Origin: Lytechinus pictus
Lineage: Eukaryota
DNA length: 64,000 bases
Direction: 5' to 3'
Assembly: GCF_037042905.1 (NCBI RefSeq)
Contig: NC_087251.1
Coordinates: forward strand, 24,740,001 to 24,804,000
The notes below the pieces were generated by a model. It was not told the origin of the DNA and searched no databases. It saw nothing but the letters and a program-made list of their open reading frames with translations. Position numbers and translations under genes: made by a program. Below, piece after piece: positions 14,701-25,789 of this stretch; the stretch's first letter is position 1; each line of letters starts with the position of its first letter.

Positions 14701-17700
14701 TTACATGTTGCTGAAAAATATCAAATTTTAATTTTTTATAAACTTGAAGAACTTTAAATTGTAAAAAGTGAGAAAGTTTGCATGCCTTAAAATTGACTGG
14801 ACTGTTTAAAGTATGAAAGTGTCAAGATAGGTTAGTGTGTCAAATGACAGATGAGTAATATGAGCAGTGCCTAGTCATATGCCACAAATGGAATTAGACA
14901 AAATTATGTATCACAAATTATCCAAAAATTACCCTTGTGATTTTGAACAGGATTAAATGACCAGAAATGTAATAATAATTCTATTTATTAATTGATTCCC
15001 AGTTCATATTGTCCATGGAGGCGACAAGGCAGCCAAGCAAGCAGTAAGAGAAATCAGTAGAGAACTTGAAGATGGATTTCAATTAATGGATCCTACTAAA
15101 TATAAACTCTACAATAGAATCCAAGGTAGGTATCTAAACTTCTATTTTAGGACACTCTTCTCCCCTACTTCGGTAGTCATATCTTAATTCATTTACATCT
15201 CCCATAGGATGTTAAAGAAATATATTTTCATGAACTTTGTGTAGACATGATGAGAATGGATATAATTCATCAGTATTTGGCCCAAAATTAAAGATTTTTG
15301 GGGTTTGCATAACTTTATTATGTTAATATCCAATCACCAATGTGTGGACTGAAACCCTATCCAATAAAAGCACTGATATTGCTTTGCACTTATCTTATTA
15401 CACGATCTTCCAAAAAAAAATGTACCTACCAATTATGGCAAATGTAAAATCGAGTGTACTTGGAATAAATTTGTCTTTCTGTACATTAAATTAACAGTTC
15501 AGTGATTATATTATCCGAATGAAGACCAATAAAAATGAAATTTTAGTGAAGCATGATGATTTACAGTGAAAGAGTTGTTCGTTCAGATCGTACTCTCCCC
15601 GCCCCAGTCCCAACCCACCCCCCTCCCCTCACTGGTTACACCTTCTTATACATTTAACTATCACAATTTGTCTTTCTATCACAAAGACCATCAGATTCCC
15701 GAGGTAGTGATGTCTGAAGTAAAGAGTATCATTGATAACGACGGTCCTAATACACTTGGGGTTGTTACTTGGTGCCAGAGGCTTCTTGATATCTTGCTAC
15801 CATACAAATTTAGAGATAAATTTGAAGGTAAATAATAACACATTTGTTATGGCACAAAAGGGGAATTAATGTTTTTTTTTTACTTTATGATATCTCTTTT
15901 ATTGTCTTTTTCTCCTTTGTTGTCCATTCAAAACTTGAAAATATTGTACTGAATTGTACATGTAGCTCAACTGTGATAGTTTAGTATTAGATATAGACAA
16001 TGTAAAATCAAAGGCTTTGCAGAAGTTATGTGGTGAATGACACACATCTGTGCACTTGAATATTTAGAGTATTCTCTACAATGTTTTTTTCTTAAATTGA
16101 ATAATATAAAAAATTATTGTTTTATTTTCATTGCAAGTAAGCATTATATGCCAATCCTGGTGGGTGTTTCATAAAGCTGTTCGTAAGTTAAGAGCAACTT
16201 TAAGAGCGACTGGTGATCCTTTCTTATGGTAATTGGCAATGGTTTAGCGCGTAAGAAAGGATCACCAGTCGTTCTTAAAGTCGCTCTTAACTTACAAATA
16301 GCTTTATAAAACAGCCCCCAGGTATTTTGCTGACACAATGATACATATACAGATAGTAACAGTAATGATGACAACCTGATAATGTTGATGATCATCATGT
16401 CAACATTATTACAGTGAAAGAGGAAATATAAAAAGAAATGGATAGTAATAGATAATATCTATAATAATTTGATGTGTTTTATTTGTCAGCGTTGATTGTA
16501 GCCACCTCTCAGAAGAGAGTGGTCCACATGTGTCTGGGAGTAAATCGTCATGTGATTGGGAGGCATTTCCCTAAACTGGTTAATCTGGCATTCATTTCTC
16601 TTGAGCGACTTGATGATGGCACCATTGATACAACAGATCTCATCAACCGAGTTAAGCTTGCATTGGGTAAGAGTAAAGTACCATTTCCATGGTTCATTTC
16701 ATAGAGGTGCTGTAGCTTAGTGGATAAGTCACCGGACTTTGAACCCCGAGGTTCCGGGTTTGAATCTCAAAGCAGCCCTCGCGTCCTTTGGCAAGGCATT
16801 TATCTATATTTGCCACTCTCCACCAAGGTGTAGTAAATGGTTACCTGGTTGGAAGATATTCCTTGAATGCTCGAGAGCCCGATAGGTGTAGCCATGTTAA
16901 AGCCGGGGTAATAGTACTGGGATGCAGCGCTTAGAAACATTGTATGAAGCGCTATATAAATATTTTATATTATTATTATTCTTATTTCATGGAATACAAC
17001 TAAATGACTTGAAGTTTCACTATAATTCCTTTATATCAAATTGGGGTATATAACACATATCCACATTGACCATAGCAGTCATTAAATAAGTCTCAAGATA
17101 TTTTCTCTGAAATAACTCCAAGATAATACTAAGCCTGTCATGATGGTAACAAATGGGTCAGAGAATATGTGTATAGTCAAATGATTTGGTCATTTTCATG
17201 TGGAAAATTGATATGAAGTTATTAAAAAAAAAAACCTGAGTTATTCTTAGGCCAGTGCATGGCACTCTAATAAAGTCTAAATACCGGTAAGCACACTTAT
17301 TTAAGTATGTACTTGTAAGTTCTCTTAAACATGACAATGTGGATATAGTACATGATCAGTGAGGGACATATCTTTACATTTTTCACTGCCCTGGATGCCT
17401 AGGGTATGATGATTATGACAACGGAAGAATATTCTCACAAGAATAGTCTTGGAGATACATATCTATAAATTTGAATTGGGTTGAGAAATAGAAGTTTCGT
17501 TTTGATTTTGATCATTCATACAAAAATTTGATTTTTTTACATCCCAGATCAATGCAATGGAAATCTGTCAAGAGAAGAACTAGCTTTTTCCAGTACAGAA
17601 GCCAACCCACCTTCAGCTGGACAATATTCTCGGGCCAGTAACCAGCATGCCATGGATGAACGTAAGATGAGTGAACCCAGTTATCTCTCGTCTCAAGACG

Positions 17701-20353
17701 GCAAGGCACCTACCCAGATGAGGACCAGTCCTGTACATGGTCTAAGCTCTTCCATGGGATTGGTAGGAAACCCTAGTAACCAGAACCAGCAAGGAGGAAG
17801 AGTAGTCCCATCTGCCTGTTCGTCACACAGCAAGGATTCTGCAGGTTATGCTTCAGGTGGGAATCCCAACCCTGGCAATGGTAAACCAGTCCATGCACAA
17901 CCCTCAAGTGGGGGCAGTTCAGGGAACCAGGGCTCGAAGTATGTTGGTGTCAACGGAGGTTCCTGGAATTGCAATGCTCTGCCTGCAGGGTCTTTGGATC
18001 CATCCCAGAGCAAAATGATGATGCAGATGGGAGTCGTTAATCATCAAAGCAGGCCACCACTTACTCCATCTCAGATAGACATCAACCAGGAGGGTCAGCA
18101 AGCTTCGGGACAGTTGCCTTTATCGAGAGACGGTTCATCAGGAGTCTATCATCAAGCTACACCTTCAGAATCATCCTCAGATACTGCCAAGTATCTTGCC
18201 AATGGAGACTCAATGCCTCTCACTTCCATCCATTCCATGCCGTTTGGATCCAAGGAACCTGTGCTGCCACAGAGTGATGCAACCGTAGAATGTCCATCAG
18301 GTTTTAAAGACATGGACCCTAACAGCAACAACAGTCAGTTCCCTAATAATCTATGTGCTCCCTCTAGGAATGGCCAGTACTTGGCAGCAGAGATAGCTCC
18401 AAATATTCGCCCTGCCCCACATGACGACCGTATACAGAGACCTACTGGAAATAAGATCCCCAGAAGAGACAACACAGGAGACATCTCCATGTCTTCTCCT
18501 GAAGCCAGTGCTTCTCCTCACCAAGAATACCCCAGTGGAATCCCTCCTTCAACAGGTTCCGTTGCCTCATATGGAGGTGGCTTTGCATCCTTACAAATGA
18601 TCCCCAATCAGAGCATCATCAGGGACGGACCTGCATCTCTTCCTACAACAACGTCCCTCAACATGCCCGGTCCTGTGTCAAGGCAAGGTAATGCATCATG
18701 TTCTTCAGTAGAGGTTCCATTTGTTCAAGTTGCAGAAGACAACCCACATGATTGTCAATCTCTGAATGGACTCCCCTATGCTACCAATATGAACAGCAAA
18801 GATGCTTTTGAACAAGAGGATTACCAAGGTGAGCACACAATTTTTTTTTGTAATGAAATACTTCTAAAATCCAAGGGAGCATTTGACGAAGGGACTTTTC
18901 GGACGACATATTATCCAACAAGTGTTATTTTATCCGAGTCACCATGGTAACGGTGCTTTACAGTCAATCAAATTCGAGGAAAGTTGTCAGATCTTACAAC
19001 TTATCAGATGAAAAATGTTGATGAAGTGCTCCCCATGAATCTCTCAGAGTATGGCATGTGTATTATTATTAAGAATCAAAATCTATTTCATCAACTGCAT
19101 GGATTTTTTTTTTTTTTTGGGGGGGGGGTGAGGAGGTCATAATTGATTAAACTTTATGTTAACAACTGCACTTATTTTCCCATCAACCCCCCTTTTTTTT
19201 ACAGAGGGTTCTGGTCAGAAATTACCCAACAATGTGATTGGGGCTGAATTCAGATCTCTTCCTCCAACAAGTGCAGGCCGGAGAGTGAGAAATGAGGGTG
19301 CTGTAAATGGTAAGATTCCTCACTATTACCTGTGATTCTGGGGTGTCATTGAAGAATGGAATACAATGTATAGAAAATGTAATTTATTGTCTTTGATCAG
19401 AAAGATAAAGAAGAATAGTGGCAGGAGTGACAGACAGTAATCCTGTGTTTGATAGACTATTGGTGTTCTTCATCATCAGGATGTGACATGCTAGTCTATG
19501 GCATATTGTGTACAAAATGTACAATTATTGTAAATACTGATGGTAAACATTGATTGTATCTTTCTTATTACAGGCTATTTAAAGTTTTACAAGGGCTTTT
19601 GAAAAATCCACTTCCAACTTCAGGAAAATCTATATTTTTAAGACACAAAGGGAGTGATTGATAAAAAATGTGCATAACAACTTCTTTGAGTAATTGATGA
19701 TTTTCTGTCTCTTATTTGGTGTGATACTAATATCATTTTCATGGATTTAAAATAAGACTACCTTAGCTGATATTGAATAAGGATTTTTCAGTCTTTCTGA
19801 ATTAAAGTAATTGAATTTTTAATCCCAAAGTCAATGATGAAATCAAGATGGAGGCTGCAGGATGAAATTTAGTTTTATATCTTATTGCTGATTGCCCCAA
19901 AAGAGATGAAAGTACCTTTTTTTGATGAATGTCTTTAAATGACCTTTGACCTTGCCTCCTTGCATTTCCACAGATGATGAAAGGGTGCATACCTCTCCAG
20001 GTAGGATCAATCATAACCAAGGTTTCCCTATGGAAAACAGCTTTCCTGAGGAGCCTACCAATCCTCCAGATTTCCCTATCAAGGACATGGACTACCGATG
20101 CAGAGAGATGCTGAAGATCATGTTAGATCCTGAGACCAATACGGGCAGTGACTGGAAGGTCTTCGCGTACTTCTTCAAGATGAAGTTTGAGGAAGTTAGG
20201 TACGTCGATTCCCTTCAAAAGAGCTCAACACTCTATCTGTTTAACTGGTTGCATGAGAAGCGACCTGAAATAACCTGCGGGGATTTCAAGAATTGTGCGC
20301 AGATTCATCAACGATTGGATGTCGTCAGAAGGATGAACAAATTCCACTATTGA
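1562..20353 (+). CDS. Multi-exon gene (about 931 aa): tandem TIR-like (BCAP/BANK1-type) domains, disordered linker and C-terminal death domain; candidate innate-immune adaptor
   Basis: Exons 1562-1595, 6552-6668, 7967-8107, 13971-14189, 14431-14508, 15003-15125, 15687-15827, 16490-16666, 17548-18828, 19205-19309 and 19974-20353. All have AG/GT boundaries, all introns are phase 1, and they join into one stop-free 2796-nt frame (MMATSNSNISRVCLIHAEKK...QRLDVVRRMNKFHY*). ORF-track pieces 13955, 15566, 16474, 17652 and 19946 fall in this frame. The first exon is the least certain. Confidence 0.85.
1858..5018. mobile_element. Non-autonomous DNA transposon with about 180-bp TIRs (Mutator-like)
   Basis: 1858-2037 is the reverse complement of about 4839-5018; flanks GGCTAAGCT / GCCTAAGCT form an 8/9 match to a 9-bp TSD; no transposase ORF seen. 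Confidence 0.75.
4298..4847. repeat. Near-perfect 550-bp palindrome (fold-back)
   Basis: Arms of about 275 bp mirror each other around TTAGTAT-T-ATACTAA at about 4574. Confidence 0.9.
5267..5739. mobile_element. Non-autonomous DNA element with GGGGGCACTC...GAGTGCCC ends; partial second copy at about 9785-10165
   Basis: Terminal inverted repeats, plus clear similarity between 5383-5730 and 9789-10150. Confidence 0.6.
8508..9038. mobile_element. TTAA-flanked MITE (Kolobok-like), degenerate
   Basis: TTAA-AGGGGTATTC ... GAGTACCCCT-TTAG. Confidence 0.55.
11114..11502. mobile_element. Two short fold-back MITEs (11114-11287, 11371-11501); similar small MITEs at 16157-16322, 18875-19034, 22374-22718, 26999-27175, 42284-42559, 47854-48070
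   Basis: Each has GG...CC terminal inverted repeats of 15-30 bp, e.g. CTGGGACCCGTTGCATA / TATGCAACGGGTCCCAG and GGGGTGTTGCAAGAAA / TTTCTTGCAACACCCC. Confidence 0.6.
13235..13673. mobile_element. PIF/Harbinger-like MITE
   Basis: About 50-bp imperfect TIRs (GACACCGTTCTCA... / ...TGAGAATGGCCTC) between TAA and TTA. Confidence 0.6.
15003..16666 (+). other. TIR-like domain 2 (three exons)
   Basis: VHIVHGG (betaA), LGVVTWCQRLL (betaC), QKRVVHMCLGV...HFP (recalling BCAP/PIK3AP1 RVVRLLCGV...FFP). Same three-exon layout as domain 1. Confidence 0.65.
16704..16980 (+). mobile_element. tRNA-derived SINE (degenerate)
   Basis: A-box-like TAGCTTAGTGG, B-box-like GGTTTGAATC, body related to the copies at 21992 and 23948, and a (TAT)n tail. 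Confidence 0.7.
20075..20353 (+). other. Death domain, MyD88-DD-like
   Basis: LKIMLDP...DWKVFAYFFKMKFEEVRYV...STLYLFNWL...ITCGDF...QRLDVV matches the death-fold pattern L-x-x-x-L-D/N-P...DWxxLA...T-x-x-L-L-x-x-W...R-x-D-V. Confidence 0.85.
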
Positions 20354-21991
20354 TCAGTAGCTATTTGACATTAGTTTGATGAGTCCATGTTGGATGTAGC
20401 ACAGGAGCAATAAGATGAAAGTGGTCAGTATTCTCTTGTCATTGCTTAAAAAGAATCTTTTGCTGTGGGAAAGACAAAAACAGTCATGAGTTTTGAAGTT
20501 ATTTTCTCTTTAATTGAGGAAATATTTTATAAGTAAGGATTGCTTCTCAGGTGCCTGCACACTCGAGCTATGATGATTAGCTGAAATGTTGGGCTGAATG
20601 TGTGTCTTTGGTTCTATTCATACTCTCTGTGTGCATTACAGGTGACTTCTATTAGAGAGTCAATATCTTTTGGCGTTGGTGATTCCCTAATCTTTCATCA
20701 TTCACCTATATTTCAAAGCATAGCAATCATTCATTGTATTTTCCAATTTTACTTTGAGGCAGTTTCTTTCATATTACAATCTCTTGACCAGATCTGAAAT
20801 TTGTCTGTAATTTATCTTGGACAACACTTTCATGGATTACTTGTTATCTACTCATTCATTTTGTACAGATCATATTCGATCCTGCAGGAACAAAACTGTC
20901 CTCAATGAATTCTTTGCTTACAGTATTAATGTCATAAATATAAAAAAAGTGTGCACACAGAGTACTTGAATGAATTATTAATTTACACTCTTCTAAAGAG
21001 ACTGTTCACACCAATCATTCATGATTACTATAATACTTATTATGCAATCATTCTGTGTATGATTTGATACAGTTTGGAGAAAGAGTAGCCCAGATGAAAT
21101 TCAGTGTGCATTGGCCCATAAGCATATTACCCAGTGGGTTAGTGATTGATAGGAGTCCGAGTTTCATATTTACGTGTTCATTTTTAAAATTTTTTTATTG
21201 CTATTGTGTGAATCCTTGGATGCCTTAAAATTATTGTTAATATAAGAAGGAAACATTCACGGCATTGACTTCATAAATACAACATTGTTCCTTGATTTCC
21301 AAACCGGTGTGTCACTATATATGTGTTGATCAGGGCTATTTTAGTCCTTGGTTCAACCATTCATGAGAAACTAGAATTTGACTGTGGAATTTAGTACCTT
21401 TGACCTTTTAATAGTAAATGTACATAAATAAAGATTATAATAAAAAGGTTTGAAGAAAAAAAAAAAAAAAGACAAAAAATATTGATAATAATGTAGAAAT
21501 GAAATACATTTTAGTACTAAATAATGTGTACATATTGTAGTTTCTTCACATGCAATTCATATATACATATTTGTCCCCCTAGCCGGTAGCAAAGACCACA
21601 GTACCTATCAGAATACAAATTGAAATGTGACCTTGAGAAAAAAATACAACATTTATGACAAGGAGTACAAACTGAAGTCTGCGTTGGTTTAACCCTCTCT
21701 GTTAAATAATTGCAAAGTGATTTTTCTGACTAGATTTCACGGAGATTACATGTATGTGTGGTTTACCTCAATTTTTCTAAAGTTCCAGAGTTTTTATTTA
21801 TAGGCAGACTCTGCTGCTGTATAATGCTTTCAGCTCAAAGCGTTGAATACACATTTTCATTTTGAGGATGCAGTTTTGGATGATATGCAGCTATGCATGA
21901 AATGGTATGAATTTTGCACTCATGGTTGCCTGTAAGAGCAATGTAAACTAAAAAGTAACCGACACTCTTCAGTGTATCTCTCTATCTTGGT

Positions 21992-22262
21992 GGAGCATTG
22001 TGGCCCAGTGGATTAGTATCTTGACTTTGAAACAGAGGGTCATGGGTTTGAATCCCAGCCATGGCTAAATTTCCTTCCGAAAGAAATTGATCCACATCGT
22101 GCTGCACTCAACCCAGATGAGGTAAATTGTTACCTAGCAGGAATCTATTGCTTGAAATGCTTGTGCTGTAAAAGGCTTGTCAAGCTAAAGCCAGGGTAAT
22201 AACATCCAAGTCCCTTTGGAAATCATGTTAAATGGTATGTGATATGCGCCATACAAGAACTA
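21992..22262 (+). mobile_element. tRNA-derived SINE
   Basis: TGGCCCAGTGG...GGTTTGAATCCC head; aligns with 23948-24233. Confidence 0.75.
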
Positions 22263-22952
22263 ATCTTTTCTAATTTACAAGGTTCATTGTAGAATATCAT
22301 AGTTTATATGGAACTTTATGCATGGCACATTTATCATGTGTATATATGTGAAAATATCGCAAAACAAGAATTATAGGTCCGAATTCATAAGGTGGTGTTT
22401 AAAACCATCGGTTGAACCCACGGTTTATGCAGATTTCGTGTATAAATTACGCTTATTTACCCCTCATATTAAAATATGTCCAATGCTGATGTGCGGTTTT
22501 GTCAAAGTGCGCCAAATTGATGTCTGTTGCCGTGGTTATCCGTGCTATTTTATTCATGAGTCCACTGTTTTAAATTAACCAGTCCACTCTCCAAACAGTG
22601 GACTCATGAATAAAATAGCGTACTAAACCATGACAATAGGCGTCAGTTCGGCGCACTGTGACAAAAGCGTGCATCAGCATTGGACATTTTTTAGACACCA
22701 CCTTCATGAAATCGGGCCATAGTATATAACTTTGGATAATTAATTTTGCCTGCCATAGCACTTGATATGTTGTATAGGATCAATCAAAATAAAAATGATA
22801 TTGATGATCATGAGCATCAGCATGTGAAATTGAATTTTTGATTTTTAAAGAAATTTATTCATTTTGTATTCCCCCTTATTTTTTTATTTACTTGATCGTT
22901 ATCCTTTCAATACAACTCTGTTTTATTAGAATGAATTTGGTAATCAGTGAAC

Positions 22953-23300
22953 TAAGGAAGCTTAAAAGTGCCACCCAGATGTTCAGATAATCATCTCGTC
23001 ATGTCAAAAGGTGAGATAAAGATCTCGTCATGTCTGCATCTTGTAAGAAGGATGATCATATGACGTGATCTTAGATATCATGGAGAGATGATCAGATGAC
23101 AAGATCTTGGATCTCATCATGTCTACATCCTGTAGAAGAGATGAGAAGATGTGATCTTAGATCTCGCCATCCTGTGGGAGAGATGATGAGATGACAAGAT
23201 CTTAGATCCAAGATCTTGTCATCTCATCTTTTTCTCTAAGAGATGTAGACATGACAAGATGATTATCTGAACATCTGGGTGGCACTTTTAAGCTTCCATA
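22953..23300. mobile_element. Fold-back MITE with 6-bp TSD (IS3EU-like termini)
   Basis: TSD GTGAAC at 22947-22952 and 23301-23306; about 42-bp TIR TAAGGAAGCTTAAAAGTGCCACCCAGATGTTCAGATAATCAT; internal short repeats. Confidence 0.75.
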
Positions 23301-23947
23301 GTGAACATTATTTTATCTTGTTTGACCAATTTTTACTTTTTACTAACCCCAACTGCATGTATAAGCAGACATAAGTGAAATTGTGAAAATATTGAATTCA
23401 AAACCATGTACATGAATTTTTGCCATGTATTGAGGTTTTTGTTTGTAAATAGCCTAAATGTGGATAAAATTGAGGCAAGTGATGGTGAACTCTGATTGTA
23501 AATACAAATGTATATTTCTTTACCTGTATGAAACTCTACTTTTTAACATTGGAGTAAGAAGCCATTTGCTCAGAGGAAGGAAATTTTTTCTTAAAATTAA
23601 AATTTTCTCATTTTCTTTTTATTTGTTCAGTATAGCTATCGTTTTTATGAACATGTATTTTTGTTAATGCCTAATATGTGAAGAAAAGTTGGGCATTTGT
23701 TATAATTTGTTCTTGTCATTGCTTCTGTGTTTTAATCCCTGCCTTCTTCTGTTCCTTCTTCATTCTTGTTTCTTATTTATCATTATTGAATACAATTTTA
23801 AACATGTGTCGTACACAGATTTTGCCATTTTCCAGTGTGAATTTCATTCATGTATGTGATGTAATCTGCATATTCTATGATATAACATTGTTATGGTAAG
23901 ATACAGCAATCAATTTGAGAAAGAATTTTAATACACTCCTTGCATGT

Positions 23948-24233
23948 GGAGCATTTTGGCCCAGTTGATTAGTCTTCTGACTTTGAAACAGAGGGTCGTG
24001 GGTTCGAATCCCAGCCATGGCGTAATTTCCTTCAGCAAGAAACTCATCCACATTGAGCTGCACTCAACCCAGGTGAGGTGAATGGTTACCCGGTAGGAAG
24101 AAATTTCTTGAATGCTTGAGTTCCTATGCAGCTCAGCTAAAGCCGGGGTAATAATAATAGCAGGGCCCGCTGGGAGGACAGATTTCGGAACTGAAGTGGC
24201 TACCCTGGGTAAATATACCTATATTATTATTAT
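23948..24233 (+). mobile_element. tRNA-derived SINE
   Basis: A box TGGCCCAGTTG, B box GGTTCGAATCCC, TATTAT tail; a reverse-strand tail fragment lies at about 7680-7790. Confidence 0.78.
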
Positions 24234-25783
24234 GTAATGTAATAACAGCATGTCATATTCATTGGTTATCACCATTAGAACACACCTGTATAATTTTGAG
24301 TATTTTATAGATTGCCAGATTTATTTTTGGAAATTAATGCATAGTGATAAGAAAGATATGCAGAACACTATATTTTCAAGTCGGAGAAATGATTACCGGT
24401 ATGTTGCAAGTGATTTGGGTGTGCTTCATAAGTGACTTAAATGTTGCATTTTAAAATAATTGTCTTAATTTCCAACCACTTGACAGTGATGTGATTATTG
24501 TCTAGGATGCATGGTATCTGAATAGTGTGACATTGAAACTTCAATTAATCGCTTTTCACAATGTTAAGTACACAACAAGACGTATGATACGTTTCAGACA
24601 AGAAAAACCTGCCTGGAACATCAGCCAGAACAGGTCATCAAACCCAGACATTTCCTCTCATAAGTATGAAGGCAATGATGCCACAAAAACTTTTTTTTTG
24701 TATTTCAGTGGTTTGGATACCATGTATCAATGACAAACATTCACAGCCAAACTTTGGTAGGAATCGGATCATGAGATGTGGCCGCATGAACGTCTACATG
24801 TAATTAGCCCCATTGAAGTCACTGTAGGTTGGCCTCATTCCAATCCAAGTATCAACCAAGGCAATTGACACTTGATTTCAGTTGGGATACATGTACGTAG
24901 GCATTCATTTTACCTTTGCCTGGCCACCATGAACAATAGGCCTACATATCGAATTTGGTTTGTGGTCATTTTTCACTTGCTAGGATCTGAGAATGGCATA
25001 CTCAAAACCTTGGGATGTTTGGGTAAGCATGAAACCCATCATGAACACAGCCCCATTTATTTACAAAAATGTTGGGTCCATTATTTCATAAATTCAGGAG
25101 TTTGTTGTCATAAAATGTTCGGGTTACGTTTTCATGTATTTGCCTGATGAATTACAGAAGGGGTAATGGACTTAAAAGCCTAACCAACCCTTTCCCATAG
25201 CAATTGCACTTGGTTTCCTTGTTGTCCTTAACTGAATTGAGAAAATGGTCCTTTGACAGGTAATCATGGGGGATGAATTGTTTTGCCATTGGAAAGACCC
25301 ATACCTGTTCTGCTTTAATGGTGGATATTTTTCAGGTTCTCAAAATGATTGTACTATTCAGCAAAGGATAAACTTTAGTGCAGATTTTTTCTTCTCCTAT
25401 AGATTGATACACTACATACCAGATTTTGACTTGTACATTTCCTCATTTAAAATATATTCCACTTTCTTTGATATTGTGACTCTAAATTAACACTCCAGTC
25501 ATCATAATTCAATCCTCATATTAGCCTGTAATACTTGATTCTCATAGCTTTTTCCTTTTAAGTAGGTAGGACAGGTGGAATATTTTAGCCATTCATACCC
25601 AGAAACATTCTGAGTATCATTCTAAGTAATTTTGGAAAATATAGAGAATATATTTCTGCATGTGCAGCTTTGATTTATGTTGATATTTGTCATATATAAT
25701 ACAATGAACTACTGGTTACATACACTTTTGGTACGTGAGATATACATCCATTTCTGTTTGTACTGCCGTTTGTGATGCTAAGG

Positions 25784-25789
25784 AATAAA
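25784..25789 (+). terminator. Candidate polyadenylation signal of the TIR-TIR-DD gene (alternatives at 21427 and 21439)
   Basis: AATAAA followed about 25-60 nt later by a GT/T-rich tract. Confidence 0.35.

Noticed and set aside
18716..18745. RHIM motif in PFVQVAEDN
   Set aside because: It lacks the core glycine of (I/V)Q(I/V/L)G and the flanking hydrophobic pattern.
17652..18950. Stand-alone 432-aa gene
   Set aside because: It is bounded by an acceptor at 17547 and a donor at 18829 in phase with neighbouring exons, so it is an internal exon.
23948..24030. tRNA gene (also at 21992 and 16704)
   Set aside because: The tRNA-like heads continue into a shared body and an AT-rich tail and lack a clean cloverleaf; they are SINEs.
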